From a virus (taxonomy: Duplodnaviria; Caudoviricetes), in the IMG/VR virus record IMGVR_UViG_3300020577_008405, positions 3,069 to 67,068 of that record: a stretch of DNA of 64,000 bases; one strand, given 5' to 3'. This document shows positions 1-9,099 of the stretch, piece by piece; within the stretch, counting starts at the first letter, position 1; every line of letters starts with the position of its first letter. Position numbers and translations under genes: made by a program. Under the pieces are notes generated by a model. That model was not told where the DNA came from. It did not search any database and saw only the letters and a program-made list of their open reading frames with translations.

Positions 1-573
1 TCAGGTGTTGTTTACGAAAAGACAAACGGAAAAATGGGTCCTATTCGTTCAAGAATTCTAAGCGCCAATCATGTTCTTGAAACTCCTGCAATTGGATCTA
101 TTGAAGAAGATGTTGTAGAACTTTTTGGTATGCAAATTCCTAATGGCAAAATCCGCACTGATGCCGTTAAAATTGATCTGCAAACAGCAGATGGCAGGAT
201 TTGTGACGTACAGGTCTTAACATTAGGATCAAACGATCTACATGATGTTGCTGTTGCTGAAGCAAATTGTGATGCAGGAAATGTAGCAGAATTAGCTACT
301 GAAGCCCCAAATATGGGCGCCAAAGTGCTTGTTGTCGGATATCCTCAAGGAGTTAAACTGCCTATTGCAACCGATGGTTTTGTTAGCGGTTGGTCTAACG
401 GTTTTCTTCTAACAAGCGCAAGTGCAATTGGTGGAAACTCAGGTGGTCCTGTTTACCATAATGGTAAAGTTGTTGGTTTACTTGTTCGTGTAAGTGCATC
501 ATATTCGCATCATTCTCTAGCCGTTTCTCTTGAAGAATGTTTGATGCGAATTGCACAAACACCTACACTATAA
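1..573 (+). CDS. Trypsin-like serine protease (5'-truncated at window edge)
   Basis: Frame open from base 1 (SGVVY...ILSANHV); catalytic Ser motif GGNSGGPV. Confidence 0.85.
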   Translation, partial: SGVVYEKTNGKMGPIRSRILSANHVLETPAIGSIEEDVVELFGMQIPNGKIRTDAVKIDLQTADGRICDVQVLTLGSNDLHDVAVAEANCDAGNVAELATEAPNMGAKVLVVGYPQGVKLPIATDGFVSGWSNGFLLTSASAIGGNSGGPVYHNGKVVGLLVRVSASYSHHSLAVSLEECLMRIAQTPTL

Positions 574-643
574 AAACGATCTCTGTTGTAGAATACTTTT
601 GCATTCCACAAATCAGAACAATCAATACAGATAAGGTTTTTTC

Positions 644-925
644 ATGGATTTGGCTAAGATTATCAAGATCTTAAAACAAACAGCTAATGCTCCAAGAATG
701 TTTACATTCTCTATAGAGACAATGTTAATGAGAGTAACCACTCTTCTTGAATTGAGTGGAGTCAGTTTTAGTGTTACTGATTTTTATTCCAAACATGGCG
801 GTCGTATTGGTAATACTTACTTATTCACCCTTCCTGAAGGGAAAACCTTTGATGATTGGACACAGATAGTAGTTGATGATGCAATTAAGATGATCGAGGC
901 AAAACAAAATGAAAGCACGCATTAA
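644..925 (+). CDS. Hypothetical protein
   Basis: ORF in co-oriented gene run. Confidence 0.6.
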   Translation: MDLAKIIKILKQTANAPRMFTFSIETMLMRVTTLLELSGVSFSVTDFYSKHGGRIGNTYLFTLPEGKTFDDWTQIVVDDAIKMIEAKQNESTH

Positions 926-1097
926 AACCAGACAAATGCCTGGTGATGTTTCAAAGAAGGTTAAGCAAGCAATGCTTGAAGGCCATCATCCTGATAAAAA
1001 ACGAGCTAAAAACTTTAAAAAGAATTACGTTCTCTCTAGAGAACGTGCTGTTTTGAAAGAACGAACCAAAAAGGAAATTGAGAATGAAGCTTCCTAA
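909..1097 (+). CDS. Small basic hypothetical protein
   Basis: ORF overlapping both neighbours. Confidence 0.55.
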   Translation: MKARIKTRQMPGDVSKKVKQAMLEGHHPDKKRAKNFKKNYVLSRERAVLKERTKKEIENEAS

Positions 1098-2190
1098 GCT
1101 ATACAAGATCTCCTCAATAGGAGCTCAGCAAGAGTGGGAAATCTCAACAGATGGTAATGTTATCGTAACGCGTTGGGGTAAGGTTGGTGGAAAGATTCAA
1201 GAAACACAAGATGTAATTAAAGAAGGCAAGAATCAAGGTCGTAGCAATGAGACCACTGCTATTCAGCAAGCAGAGGCAGAAGCTACTAGTCAATGGGAAA
1301 AGAAGCTTAAGAGCGGTTATGTCAAGAGTCTTGACTCAGCTGAAGCTGGCGAAGTCGATGATGTGATTGAGGGCGGGATTTTGCCCATGCTTGCTAAGCG
1401 CTTTGATGAACAAGGCGACAAGATTACCTATCCTGCATTCGCTCAGCCAAAGTTTGACGGACATCGTTGTATTGCAATGGTTGACAAGAAGGGAGTTTGC
1501 ACTCTCTGGTCACGAACTCGCAAACCTATTACTGGACTTCCTCATATCATCAAGGCAATTGAGAATTCTGGTGCAAAGAATATCGTTCTCGATGGTGAGC
1601 TCTACAACCACGACTATAAGTCCAACTTCGAAGAGCTGACGAGCTTTATTCGTAATCCTGAGCCCAAAGAAGGCCATGAGGTTGTCGAATATCATATTTA
1701 TGATATCGCGGACAACACCCTTTCGTTTGTGCAAAGGCAGAACGAGATTGATAAGCTCTCTCTGTATTCTCCCCTTATCAAAGTGCAGACGTCTAAGGTG
1801 TTAGATGAAGATGAACTCATTACCATGTTCGAGGTGTTCTTGAAGCAGGGATATGAGGGTGCGATGGTTCGCAATGCAGCCGGTCTGTATGTCAACAAGC
1901 GGTCCAATGACCTTCAGAAGATCAAGGAATTCCAGGATGCCGAGTTTGAGATCGTGGACGTAGAAGAGGGTCGTGGTAAGTTGACTGGCAAAGCCATCTT
2001 CGTCTGCACTAATAAAGAAGGTGTTCGCTTCAAGGCTAAGATGAAAGGCGATCAAGACGAACTTGCTAAGTATTGGAAGACGCCTTCTCTTGCAATCGGT
2101 CGAATGCTCACTGTTCAATATCAAGGCCTCACTGGTAAAGCTGGTGTACCTCGTTTTCCAGTTGGATTGCGGTTTCGTGAGGATGTCTAG
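1078..2190 (+). CDS. lig: ATP-dependent DNA ligase with WGR-like N-terminal domain
   Basis: Motif I KFDGHRC, LDGELY, YHIYD, EGAMVR, KIKEF, OB-fold PRFPV; N-term VTRWGKVG. Confidence 0.95.
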   Translation: MRMKLPKLYKISSIGAQQEWEISTDGNVIVTRWGKVGGKIQETQDVIKEGKNQGRSNETTAIQQAEAEATSQWEKKLKSGYVKSLDSAEAGEVDDVIEGGILPMLAKRFDEQGDKITYPAFAQPKFDGHRCIAMVDKKGVCTLWSRTRKPITGLPHIIKAIENSGAKNIVLDGELYNHDYKSNFEELTSFIRNPEPKEGHEVVEYHIYDIADNTLSFVQRQNEIDKLSLYSPLIKVQTSKVLDEDELITMFEVFLKQGYEGAMVRNAAGLYVNKRSNDLQKIKEFQDAEFEIVDVEEGRGKLTGKAIFVCTNKEGVRFKAKMKGDQDELAKYWKTPSLAIGRMLTVQYQGLTGKAGVPRFPVGLRFREDV

Positions 2191-2192
2191 CC

Positions 2193-2603
2193 TTGAATAC
2201 GTTTCTTCCATTTGCTGATTTTGAACGCACTGTCAAGGTTTTAGACTATCGTCGACTTGGCAAGCAGCGAGTGGAATGTCAGCAACTGCTTAAAGCATTA
2301 GCTGGAGAAACAAAAGGTTGGGTTAACCATCCAGCCGCTAAAATGTGGCGAGGTTACGAACCCGCTTTACACGCATATAAAGACGCTTGTATCAAAGAAT
2401 GGATTGCTAGAGGATACAAGAATACGATGGTGCTTTCAAATGTAAAGGAATATGGGCTTCCATCGTGGTTTGGGGATGCTTCTTTTCATTTGAGCCATCA
2501 ATCTAATCTATTGCGTAAAGATGCCATTCACTATGGACCACATTTTCCAGGTGTCCCGCATGACTTGCCATATGTTTGGCCCTTACCAAAGGTTTCAACT
2601 TGA
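2193..2603 (+). CDS. Pyrimidine-dimer DNA glycosylase/DenV-like (MSMEG_6728-type)
   Basis: TFLP...LDYRRLGKQRVEC, HPAAKMWRGY, SHQSNLLRKD; TTG start. Confidence 0.85.
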   Translation: MNTFLPFADFERTVKVLDYRRLGKQRVECQQLLKALAGETKGWVNHPAAKMWRGYEPALHAYKDACIKEWIARGYKNTMVLSNVKEYGLPSWFGDASFHLSHQSNLLRKDAIHYGPHFPGVPHDLPYVWPLPKVST

Positions 2604-2833
2604 ATCCTCAATATCCACATAAGAAATTTACGATACGGTATAATTTAGAAACAAATTCTTTCCATCTCTTTGATAATAAAGACGTTTGTATTGGTGAAGA
2701 TAAAAATGGTCGCGAACTTGCTCGAGAAGCTTGGGATTTAGGTGCTGAGGAAGTTTGCTACGATTACGATCTAGGGATTGATGAGAAGCTTCCATTAAAA
2801 CCATTACATGAGAAACACAAAACGAGAAGTTGA
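2576..2833 (+). CDS. Hypothetical protein
   Basis: ORF in gene run. Confidence 0.5.
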   Translation: MALTKGFNLNPQYPHKKFTIRYNLETNSFHLFDNKDVCIGEDKNGRELAREAWDLGAEEVCYDYDLGIDEKLPLKPLHEKHKTRS

Positions 2834-3101
2834 GTGTCTTAAAAGAATGCAATCACTTACTCCAATGTTTGAGGAGTTGATTGCATTCTTATTGCAGGAA
2901 TTCTTGTTATCTAAAGAAGAATTAAAAGCAATTAAGGTTTCTCCAGAACAAGCAAGAATGCTTCAAGCAAAATTAGCAACCCTTTCTGATGAGAGGTTGT
3001 TGCAGCTTTTAGAGTATGAATGGACTCTTCTACCGACTGAGCGAATCCGAATTAATATTGTAACTGATCGCGGTTTTAAAGAGTTCATCGCTGAAACATA
3101 A
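2808..3101 (+). CDS. Hypothetical protein
   Basis: ORF in gene run. Confidence 0.55.
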   Translation: MRNTKREVECLKRMQSLTPMFEELIAFLLQEFLLSKEELKAIKVSPEQARMLQAKLATLSDERLLQLLEYEWTLLPTERIRINIVTDRGFKEFIAET

Positions 3102-3115
3102 ATTTTGGAGTTAAA

Positions 3116-3310
3116 ATGACTGATGACGACTTTATAATTCAAAAAGTTGTTTCTGGAAATGCATTACCAAATACATTTCTTTCTGATGCTTATTGGGAAG
3201 TTCTTAATAAGATTGACCGGCGAGAAATGAAAGTTAATCATTTTTATTGGCATTTTAGCATTGAAAGTGGTCGTGTAAATCATCGTAAATCACGCTTTGA
3301 CAAGACGTAA
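3116..3310 (+). CDS. Hypothetical protein
   Basis: GGAG RBS, ORF in gene run. Confidence 0.55.
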   Translation: MTDDDFIIQKVVSGNALPNTFLSDAYWEVLNKIDRREMKVNHFYWHFSIESGRVNHRKSRFDKT

Positions 3311-3322
3311 TAAGGGAATACA

Positions 3323-4309
3323 ATGGCTAAAAATGGTAAGTTTGAAGTTAAGCAAATCACCGCCTTTAACGATATTATCGCAGGGCGAGTAAAGGAGCTG
3401 GGCGAGAGTGATCTGTGTTTCCAAAACAATACGCATATCGTCCAGTTAGCATATAAAGATGGAGATGAAGAACGAAAACTACAGATTAAGCCAGGCTTTC
3501 ATACGCTCAGCGAGAGTGCTGCAGGTATTACGACTTCTCGGATTGAGTTCCGCCAACGAACTCTCCTCGAAGATGTTACTAGCACAAAGTCTATTATTCA
3601 AGAAGCTCGGCTATTCTTTAGTAAACTGTCGGTATACGATAAGCTTGGCCGCCCTAAAAAGCGTGGAGTGCTTTTATACTCTGCTCCCGGATACGGGAAA
3701 TCCTCTTCTATCGAGAAATTCTGTGTTGACTTTGCACATGAAGATCCGGGAACAGTCGTTCTTGTCTGGCCCACATCCCAAATTGATGCTGACAGCATCG
3801 TCCACTTCCTTAGCCATCGTGCCGAGTATACCCCTGAATGTACTCGGGTAATCTTGGTTATTGAAGATATTGGTGGTGGAGAACCTGGAGATGATCGAGG
3901 AACTCGGGCGGTTGGGTCAGGGTTGCTTAATCTTCTTGACGGAATTGGCATTACGTTCAAACTTCCCACGTTTATCGTAGCAACGACCAATCATCCTGAA
4001 TCGCTCTTGCAGGCTCTTGCTGATCGACCTGGCCGCTTTGATCGGCTGATTAAGCTTAATCCTCCAACGCATGAGGAGAAGATTCGCCTGCTTACCTTCA
4101 TTTCAAAGCGCGAACTCACTGACGATGAAAAAGCTTGCATTGGTAAAAAGGGAACAGAAGATTTTTCTGTTGCCCATCTTGAAGAGATTGCGGTTAGAAG
4201 TCTCTTGCATGACAAGTCATATCTAGAAGTTGTTCAAGAAATGATTGACCACACTAAGCTCTTCAAGAAGAATTTCGAAGAAAAAGGTAACTTCGGCTTC
4301 GGTAATTAA
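3323..4309 (+). CDS. AAA+ ATPase (classical clade)
   Basis: Walker A APGYGKS, Walker B VIED, ATTN, SRH DRPGRFDR. Confidence 0.9.
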   Translation: MAKNGKFEVKQITAFNDIIAGRVKELGESDLCFQNNTHIVQLAYKDGDEERKLQIKPGFHTLSESAAGITTSRIEFRQRTLLEDVTSTKSIIQEARLFFSKLSVYDKLGRPKKRGVLLYSAPGYGKSSSIEKFCVDFAHEDPGTVVLVWPTSQIDADSIVHFLSHRAEYTPECTRVILVIEDIGGGEPGDDRGTRAVGSGLLNLLDGIGITFKLPTFIVATTNHPESLLQALADRPGRFDRLIKLNPPTHEEKIRLLTFISKRELTDDEKACIGKKGTEDFSVAHLEEIAVRSLLHDKSYLEVVQEMIDHTKLFKKNFEEKGNFGFGN

Positions 4310-4311
4310 AA

Positions 4312-4383
4312 GAGTAGCGTTGGATAAGCGCAAACGCCCGACAGCAAACCTGACGGCGAGAGTTCGATTCTCTCGGCTACTCC
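4312..4383 (+). tRNA. Degenerate tRNA-like element (possibly Cys GCA-derived)
   Basis: GAGTAGC/GCTACTC stem and perfect T-arm GAGAG-TTCGATT-CTCTC; anticodon stem does not pair. Confidence 0.35.
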
Positions 4384-4412
4384 TGCAGTATATTCAAACA
4401 AGGAATAAATAA

Positions 4413-4670
4413 ATGACTACTACCCTAAATAAGACTATTCTAAGCGTTACCCGTCGTACGAGCAAGGGCTTCACGGTTGGCGAGATTTATGATCGTGTTG
4501 TCAATCGTCTTGTTGCTAATGGAGCTGTCTTGGTTGCTCCCTATAATAGCGTTCGTGCTCGAGTTTACGAACTTGCTCGTGATGGCAAGCTTCTAACGAC
4601 CGGTTCACGCAAGGACCCTATCTCACTACGTGAGGCAAAGGTATTTGTTGTGGGCACTCACACTGTCTAA
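4413..4670 (+). CDS. Small protein, possibly winged-helix DNA-binding
   Basis: AAGGA RBS; FTVGEIYDRV...SVRARVYELARDG pattern. Confidence 0.6.
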   Translation: MTTTLNKTILSVTRRTSKGFTVGEIYDRVVNRLVANGAVLVAPYNSVRARVYELARDGKLLTTGSRKDPISLREAKVFVVGTHTV

Positions 4671-4681
4671 TTAAGCAACGG

Positions 4682-4754
4682 GTTCTTGTAGCTCAGTGGT
4701 AGAGCAGGCTGCTAGAGATGCAGCCGGTTGTGGGTTCGAGTCCCTCCAAGAATC
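4682..4754 (+). tRNA. Atypical tRNA with 9-nt anticodon loop
   Basis: Acceptor GTTCTTG/CAAGAAT, D-arm GCTC-AGTGGTA-GAGC, GGCTG-CTAGAGATG-CAGCC, T-loop TTCGAGT. Confidence 0.75.
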
Positions 4755-4769
4755 TTTCAAAGAAGCGGT

Positions 4770-4843
4770 TTTCTTGTAGCTTAATTTAGGAAGAGCATCC
4801 GATTCCCAATCGGATGGTGTAGGTTCGAGTCCTACCAAGAAAT
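4770..4843 (+). tRNA. tRNA with CCC (Gly) anticodon
   Basis: TTTCTTG/CAAGAAA acceptor, TCCGA-TTCCCAA-TCGGA, GTAGG-TTCGAGT-CCTAC; no encoded CCA. Confidence 0.85.
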
Positions 4844-4855
4844 TAAGGAGATAAG

Positions 4856-5545
4856 ATGAGTGATGCTAGAAAAGCTGTTTGCAAATACTGTCAAACAAAC
4901 CTTATTTGGAACTGGAATTTCTTTTCAAAAGAACCTATTCTTACAAATGAATTTGGTCATCATCACGATTGTAAGGGTCATGCACAGGATGTCTTTCCTG
5001 GTTGGTGTAAGAAATGTAACGCCCCTGATCTTGTTTGGATTCGTAAGAACCATCAAATGGAACTTACTGAGGCGTATGGATTACCTCATACTTGCGAGCA
5101 AGATCAAGTTATTGAAGACATATCAGCTGCAAAATGCTTGCACTGTAAAACTAATGGATTATTGTGGCTTAATGTTTTAGGTAAATTTACATTAGTTAAT
5201 ACTAATGGAGAGAAGCATTCATGTGCTGAATATACTGCTTTTGCCACTGATTGGGCTGAAGCAAAACGCATTAACTATGCACTTGAAAAGAAGTGGTTGA
5301 AATCTATTCCTGATGGCACAGAATGCAAAAAATGTAATGGCAGAGGCTTTACATCTTATCTTAGTAATAATAAAAGATTGTGGAAGAAATTTAACTCAAC
5401 CGAACCGATTACCGTTGTAAAGCGTTGTTTAAAATGTAAACAACTTGGTACTTTTACAAAAAGTAAAAAGCAATTTTATCTTAGACAACTTAGAAGGAAG
5501 TATTGGCCATATAATGGTGCTTATCATAAGTGGAAAAATCACTGA
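4856..5545 (+). CDS. Multi zinc-finger protein
   Basis: Three CxxC...GxxHxC repeats plus CKKCNGRG/CLKCKQLG. Confidence 0.75.
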   Translation: MSDARKAVCKYCQTNLIWNWNFFSKEPILTNEFGHHHDCKGHAQDVFPGWCKKCNAPDLVWIRKNHQMELTEAYGLPHTCEQDQVIEDISAAKCLHCKTNGLLWLNVLGKFTLVNTNGEKHSCAEYTAFATDWAEAKRINYALEKKWLKSIPDGTECKKCNGRGFTSYLSNNKRLWKKFNSTEPITVVKRCLKCKQLGTFTKSKKQFYLRQLRRKYWPYNGAYHKWKNH

Positions 5546-5820
5546 TGAAAAAGAAAAATCTTCTTAAGACTCGCGATCACCTTATGGTTAAGGTGATTAA
5601 TGGTGTTACTAAGGCTGGTATCCATAAGGATCATAAGAAGGAAGCTAATAAGCGAGCTTCTCGTTCTAAAGTAGAAATTGAAGATGAAGAAGTTTGTCTT
5701 TGGTGTACCTTTCCCTATAAGGACTATCCCTTACCAAAGGATACATCTGAGCAAGTAGCTAGAGAATTGGGTTATTGTTCTATTTCGTGCCTCGAAATGG
5801 ATAGCGATACAAAAGACTAA
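5530..5820 (+). CDS. Hypothetical protein (C-terminal Cys pairs)
   Basis: ORF; CLWC...CSISC. Confidence 0.55.
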   Translation: MEKSLMKKKNLLKTRDHLMVKVINGVTKAGIHKDHKKEANKRASRSKVEIEDEEVCLWCTFPYKDYPLPKDTSEQVARELGYCSISCLEMDSDTKD

Positions 5821-5821
5821 A

Positions 5822-6208
5822 ATGAGCAAACGACTTGAGCGATTGAAAGAAACTGCATATAAGGAAGCGCTTAAAAGTACTGGTATTCAGCGTCATGGTG
5901 CTATTGTTCTTGGCAATGGAGGCCGTATTCTTGCCAAAGCATGCAATAACTATGACAATGGATGTCATGCAGAGGTACGTGCACTCAAGCGTGTTCCTCA
6001 TGATGCTAAGGAATGTGCCGTTGCTATTATTGTAGTACGTGCTCGCAGAAATCAACGCTTTGGTTTGAGTCGACCTTGTGTTGCTTGTCAAGCCGCACTC
6101 AAAGCAGCTAACATTGATGTTGTGTACTATTCAACTAATAATGAAACTTTAGAATATGAAACTTTCCACGAAAACGAGCACCGGCCAGTTTTTATTGAGG
6201 GTCATTAG
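5822..6208 (+). CDS. Zn-dependent cytidine/nucleotide deaminase-fold protein
   Basis: HAE (CHAEVRAL) and PCxxC (RPCVAC). Confidence 0.85.
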   Translation: MSKRLERLKETAYKEALKSTGIQRHGAIVLGNGGRILAKACNNYDNGCHAEVRALKRVPHDAKECAVAIIVVRARRNQRFGLSRPCVACQAALKAANIDVVYYSTNNETLEYETFHENEHRPVFIEGH

Positions 6209-6308
6209 AGAATTAGGCTTAATATCTTTTGTAACTGGATATCAAGCAAGCATTTTGTTAACAGTTCGCGGCTTTAAAGGAGTGACACGTGAAAACAACT
6301 TTTGGTGA
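6156..6308 (+). CDS. LxL-motif microprotein (50 aa)
   Basis: MKLSTKTSTGQF-LLRVIRELGLIS-FVTG...; overlaps both neighbours. Confidence 0.6.
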   Translation: MKLSTKTSTGQFLLRVIRELGLISFVTGYQASILLTVRGFKGVTRENNFW

Positions 6309-6501
6309 TTTGATGGGCGAATATGAGCATTCGCGAGATACAGTTAAGCGGTTTGGAACTTGGGATAAGTTAGATGCGTTTGTGGAAAATCTTATTAGTC
6401 AATTAGCAACTAAGCCCACTAGTGTAAGTACTGACAATCAGCCTCAGCAGCAATTTGGTTTTGATGATATGGGATCTGTTGTTCCGGTGACTCATGACTA
6501 A
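6289..6501 (+). CDS. Hypothetical protein
   Basis: AAGGAG RBS, GTG start. Confidence 0.6.
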   Translation: MKTTFGDLMGEYEHSRDTVKRFGTWDKLDAFVENLISQLATKPTSVSTDNQPQQQFGFDDMGSVVPVTHD

Positions 6502-6862
6502 GCCACTTGATAATAGTTGGCAACGGTATCCAGAAGCTCGTGTTCGAATGCGCGAGGATAGTATTAAAACTATTTTAGAAGGATTAGGTGAGAATGGTTT
6601 TTGTATTGATGCTGGTACAAGAGTTGATCTTGTAGATGAAGGGATTTATGTCAACATTCTTTTGAATGTTGGAGAACATGGTAATATTGTTGCTCTTCCC
6701 ATTGACGTTTTAATTCCAACTGAAATTCCTGAGGATGTTCCCAAGAAGACTCGGAAACCAAGAGTTGCAAAAACAGCACCAGTTGTAGATATTCCACTTT
6801 CAGTTGAAGAAGAGACTTCAGCTTCTGAGGAAGAAGTACAATTAGTAAATGAAGATTTGTAA
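6494..6862 (+). CDS. Hypothetical acidic protein
   Basis: ORF in gene run. Confidence 0.6.
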   Translation: MTKPLDNSWQRYPEARVRMREDSIKTILEGLGENGFCIDAGTRVDLVDEGIYVNILLNVGEHGNIVALPIDVLIPTEIPEDVPKKTRKPRVAKTAPVVDIPLSVEEETSASEEEVQLVNEDL

Positions 6863-7313
6863 GAAATGTCAATTATCTAAATCAATAGAAGAATTCCATG
6901 TTGGCAGAGCTAAATGTAAAGTTTGTAGGGAAGTTTATTTAACTTCTTATAGAAGCAAAAATAGTCAAAAAACTAAGTCTAATAAGAATAACTGGAAAAG
7001 AAATAATCCAGATGCTAATAAGTCAGCTAGTCTTAAATGTGACTATGGTATCGACTTAGATCAATATAAAACTATTTTAGACAAACAGAACAATGCTTGT
7101 GCTATTTGCAAGAAAGATAAAGATTGCTTTAATAAGGCCTTAAGTGTTGATCATTGCCATAAGACTAATTTGATTCGTGGTCTTCTTTGTCTGAGATGTA
7201 ATAGATCACTTGGTTTATTGTTCGACAACCCTGAGTTGTTTCGAGCTGCTGCTGAATATTTGGAGAAAGCCTATGCCCAACAAGAAACAGAAGAAGCTTT
7301 ATACGTCACCTGA
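6849..7313 (+). CDS. Endonuclease VII-family (His-Me finger) homing endonuclease
   Basis: CAICK...LSVDHCH...IRGLLCxxCNRSLG. Confidence 0.85.
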   Translation: MKICKKCQLSKSIEEFHVGRAKCKVCREVYLTSYRSKNSQKTKSNKNNWKRNNPDANKSASLKCDYGIDLDQYKTILDKQNNACAICKKDKDCFNKALSVDHCHKTNLIRGLLCLRCNRSLGLLFDNPELFRAAAEYLEKAYAQQETEEALYVT

Positions 7314-7614
7314 AAAGCCTTTTAGAGATCCGGATCACATTAGTAAAAGAGGTGTTTGGTATTTCTGGAGCCCAGAGTGGGTTCGGGGTACAGATTCAAC
7401 AAATAAGTCTTTCGGTCGAATTAAGGCTATTAAGGAATACAATACGGTCAATCTTTATATGCAGAGTAAAGATGGAAATCTAACGTATATTCAAGGCAGT
7501 ATTCAACAAGAATTTAAGGATTGGCACGAGAAGCGAAAGATTGACTATTTCTTTTTAGCTGATGAGCTTGATCCAGATGCTCTTGATGACATTATTCTGT
7601 CTTCTGAGAGTTAA
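7273..7614 (+). CDS. Hypothetical protein
   Basis: GGAG RBS before ATG 7273 (shorter than track ORF). Confidence 0.6.
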   Translation: MPNKKQKKLYTSPEKPFRDPDHISKRGVWYFWSPEWVRGTDSTNKSFGRIKAIKEYNTVNLYMQSKDGNLTYIQGSIQQEFKDWHEKRKIDYFFLADELDPDALDDIILSSES

Positions 7615-7616
7615 TC

Positions 7617-8102
7617 TTGAGTGCGATTATTGTAGCAATTGTATTGCTAGTTGTAATTATCGGCATTGCAGCTATTTTTATGGTTCCAGCATTTCTTCGC
7701 CAGAACATTCCCTGGCGAGTTTTACCAGGAACAGCAGTCAAATATCATGCCTTAGTTCCAATTTCTGAAGCTGCGCTTAAGGAAGCATATCTTGAAGCAC
7801 TTGTTCAGCTACGGACTCATACTGATTTCATGCCTGCAACTTTATTTAAAGTTGCAAATGAGTTACATATTGTTGTTCAAAATGTTAAAGATTGGAATTC
7901 ACCGATGCATGGGAGTAAGGTAGCCGGCATTGCCGATGGATTCACAATTTATATTGGAGTAGACTTTGCGGCATTACTCCACGAAATGGCACATGTTGCT
8001 GAATTTGTAGATGGCAGCATTGATAATGCTCACGCTACTTGGGTGAAGCGTGGCATTTATAAAGCCGATGATGCTTTTCAAGTTACGCTTAAAGCGAAAT
8101 AA
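7617..8102 (+). CDS. Membrane-anchored putative metallopeptidase
   Basis: N-terminal hydrophobic helix; HExxH (LLHEMAH). Confidence 0.6.
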   Translation: MSAIIVAIVLLVVIIGIAAIFMVPAFLRQNIPWRVLPGTAVKYHALVPISEAALKEAYLEALVQLRTHTDFMPATLFKVANELHIVVQNVKDWNSPMHGSKVAGIADGFTIYIGVDFAALLHEMAHVAEFVDGSIDNAHATWVKRGIYKADDAFQVTLKAK

Positions 8103-8111
8103 GTGACACTG

Positions 8112-8801
8112 CTACGGTCGACTATTACAGCGACTAATACGAAAAAGAAGTCTATTTACTAATTCATCTTTTTCTTGAGTTGTAATAGGAGTAGCGAGAT
8201 GAGTCAAACGATTTTTACGAAAAGCTGTACGGTCAATTGGTTCAATAATTTTATCTGCTAATCCAAGTTGACATGCTTCTTCTGCAGAAAGATATAAGTC
8301 TCGTTGACAAACATCTTGCCAAAATGATTTTGGCATTTTGCTATTAGATGCATAAATATCATATAGCTTGTCTTGAAGACGTACAGCTTCTGCAAGTTCA
8401 ATCTTAGTATCTGTATGGGTTCCTTTGACGCTTTCAGTGCCATCATGAACCATGACAGTAGTATTGGGGAATAGGTATCGTTCATCACAAACACACATAA
8501 TCCATGTGGCACTACTTTGAATAATACCACCACCAAAGAATTTTACTGGACAAGGACATGATAGAATTTCATCCACCAAACGCAACATGGCGTACGGATC
8601 CCCGCCTCCAGAGCTCATATATAGCTCAATGGGTTTATGAGGGTCATCGAATGTCAGAAGGTGTAGCGCGCGCACACAATGCTCTATCGAACGTGTGGTT
8701 ACTTCTCCGATGTCTTCCAAAGTTGGGTCTGTGCACACACCGAAGTATATACGACGCTGATCGAAATCTAAGCCAGTCTCTAAAATATTATCGTCGGTCA
8801 T
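8112..8801 (-). CDS. clpP: ClpP-like protease subunit (copy 1)
   Basis: YMSSGGG, QSSA (Ser), VMVHD (His), RDLYLSAEEA...GLADKII (Asp). Confidence 0.9.
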   Translation of the reverse strand: MTDDNILETGLDFDQRRIYFGVCTDPTLEDIGEVTTRSIEHCVRALHLLTFDDPHKPIELYMSSGGGDPYAMLRLVDEILSCPCPVKFFGGGIIQSSATWIMCVCDERYLFPNTTVMVHDGTESVKGTHTDTKIELAEAVRLQDKLYDIYASNSKMPKSFWQDVCQRDLYLSAEEACQLGLADKIIEPIDRTAFRKNRLTHLATPITTQEKDELVNRLLFRISRCNSRP

Positions 8802-8829
8802 AGAAGTATTCTACAAGGAGAAAACATAG

Positions 8830-9099
8830 ATGTCTAAGAAAGAAACAATTGAAGAATTTTTGGCTAGGGGTGGACAAATTACCAAATGTGCTTCCGCTCC
8901 ATTACCTGATGAAGAAGAAGATAATCGGACTAATCCGACTTCTGCAACTAGTTCAACTATGATGACTTTAGCAGAAGGCGCACTTTATTATGCCGAGTCA
9001 CGAGCTAAACCTAAAGAACGTAAGAAGATTGAAGATAAGCTTATCAACTTTGCCGCACTTCCAGCAAGTTTATTAAAGTACATGCCTAAGAAGAATTAA
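8830..9099 (+). CDS. Hypothetical phage protein
   Basis: AAGGAG RBS; ETIEEFLARGGQIT N-terminus. Confidence 0.65.
   Translation: MSKKETIEEFLARGGQITKCASAPLPDEEEDNRTNPTSATSSTMMTLAEGALYYAESRAKPKERKKIEDKLINFAALPASLLKYMPKKN

Noticed and set aside
4707-4725. Amber suppressor reading of the CTA in the 4682 tRNA loop
   Set aside because: CTA occupies the first three loop positions, not the anticodon position, and is not preceded by U33.
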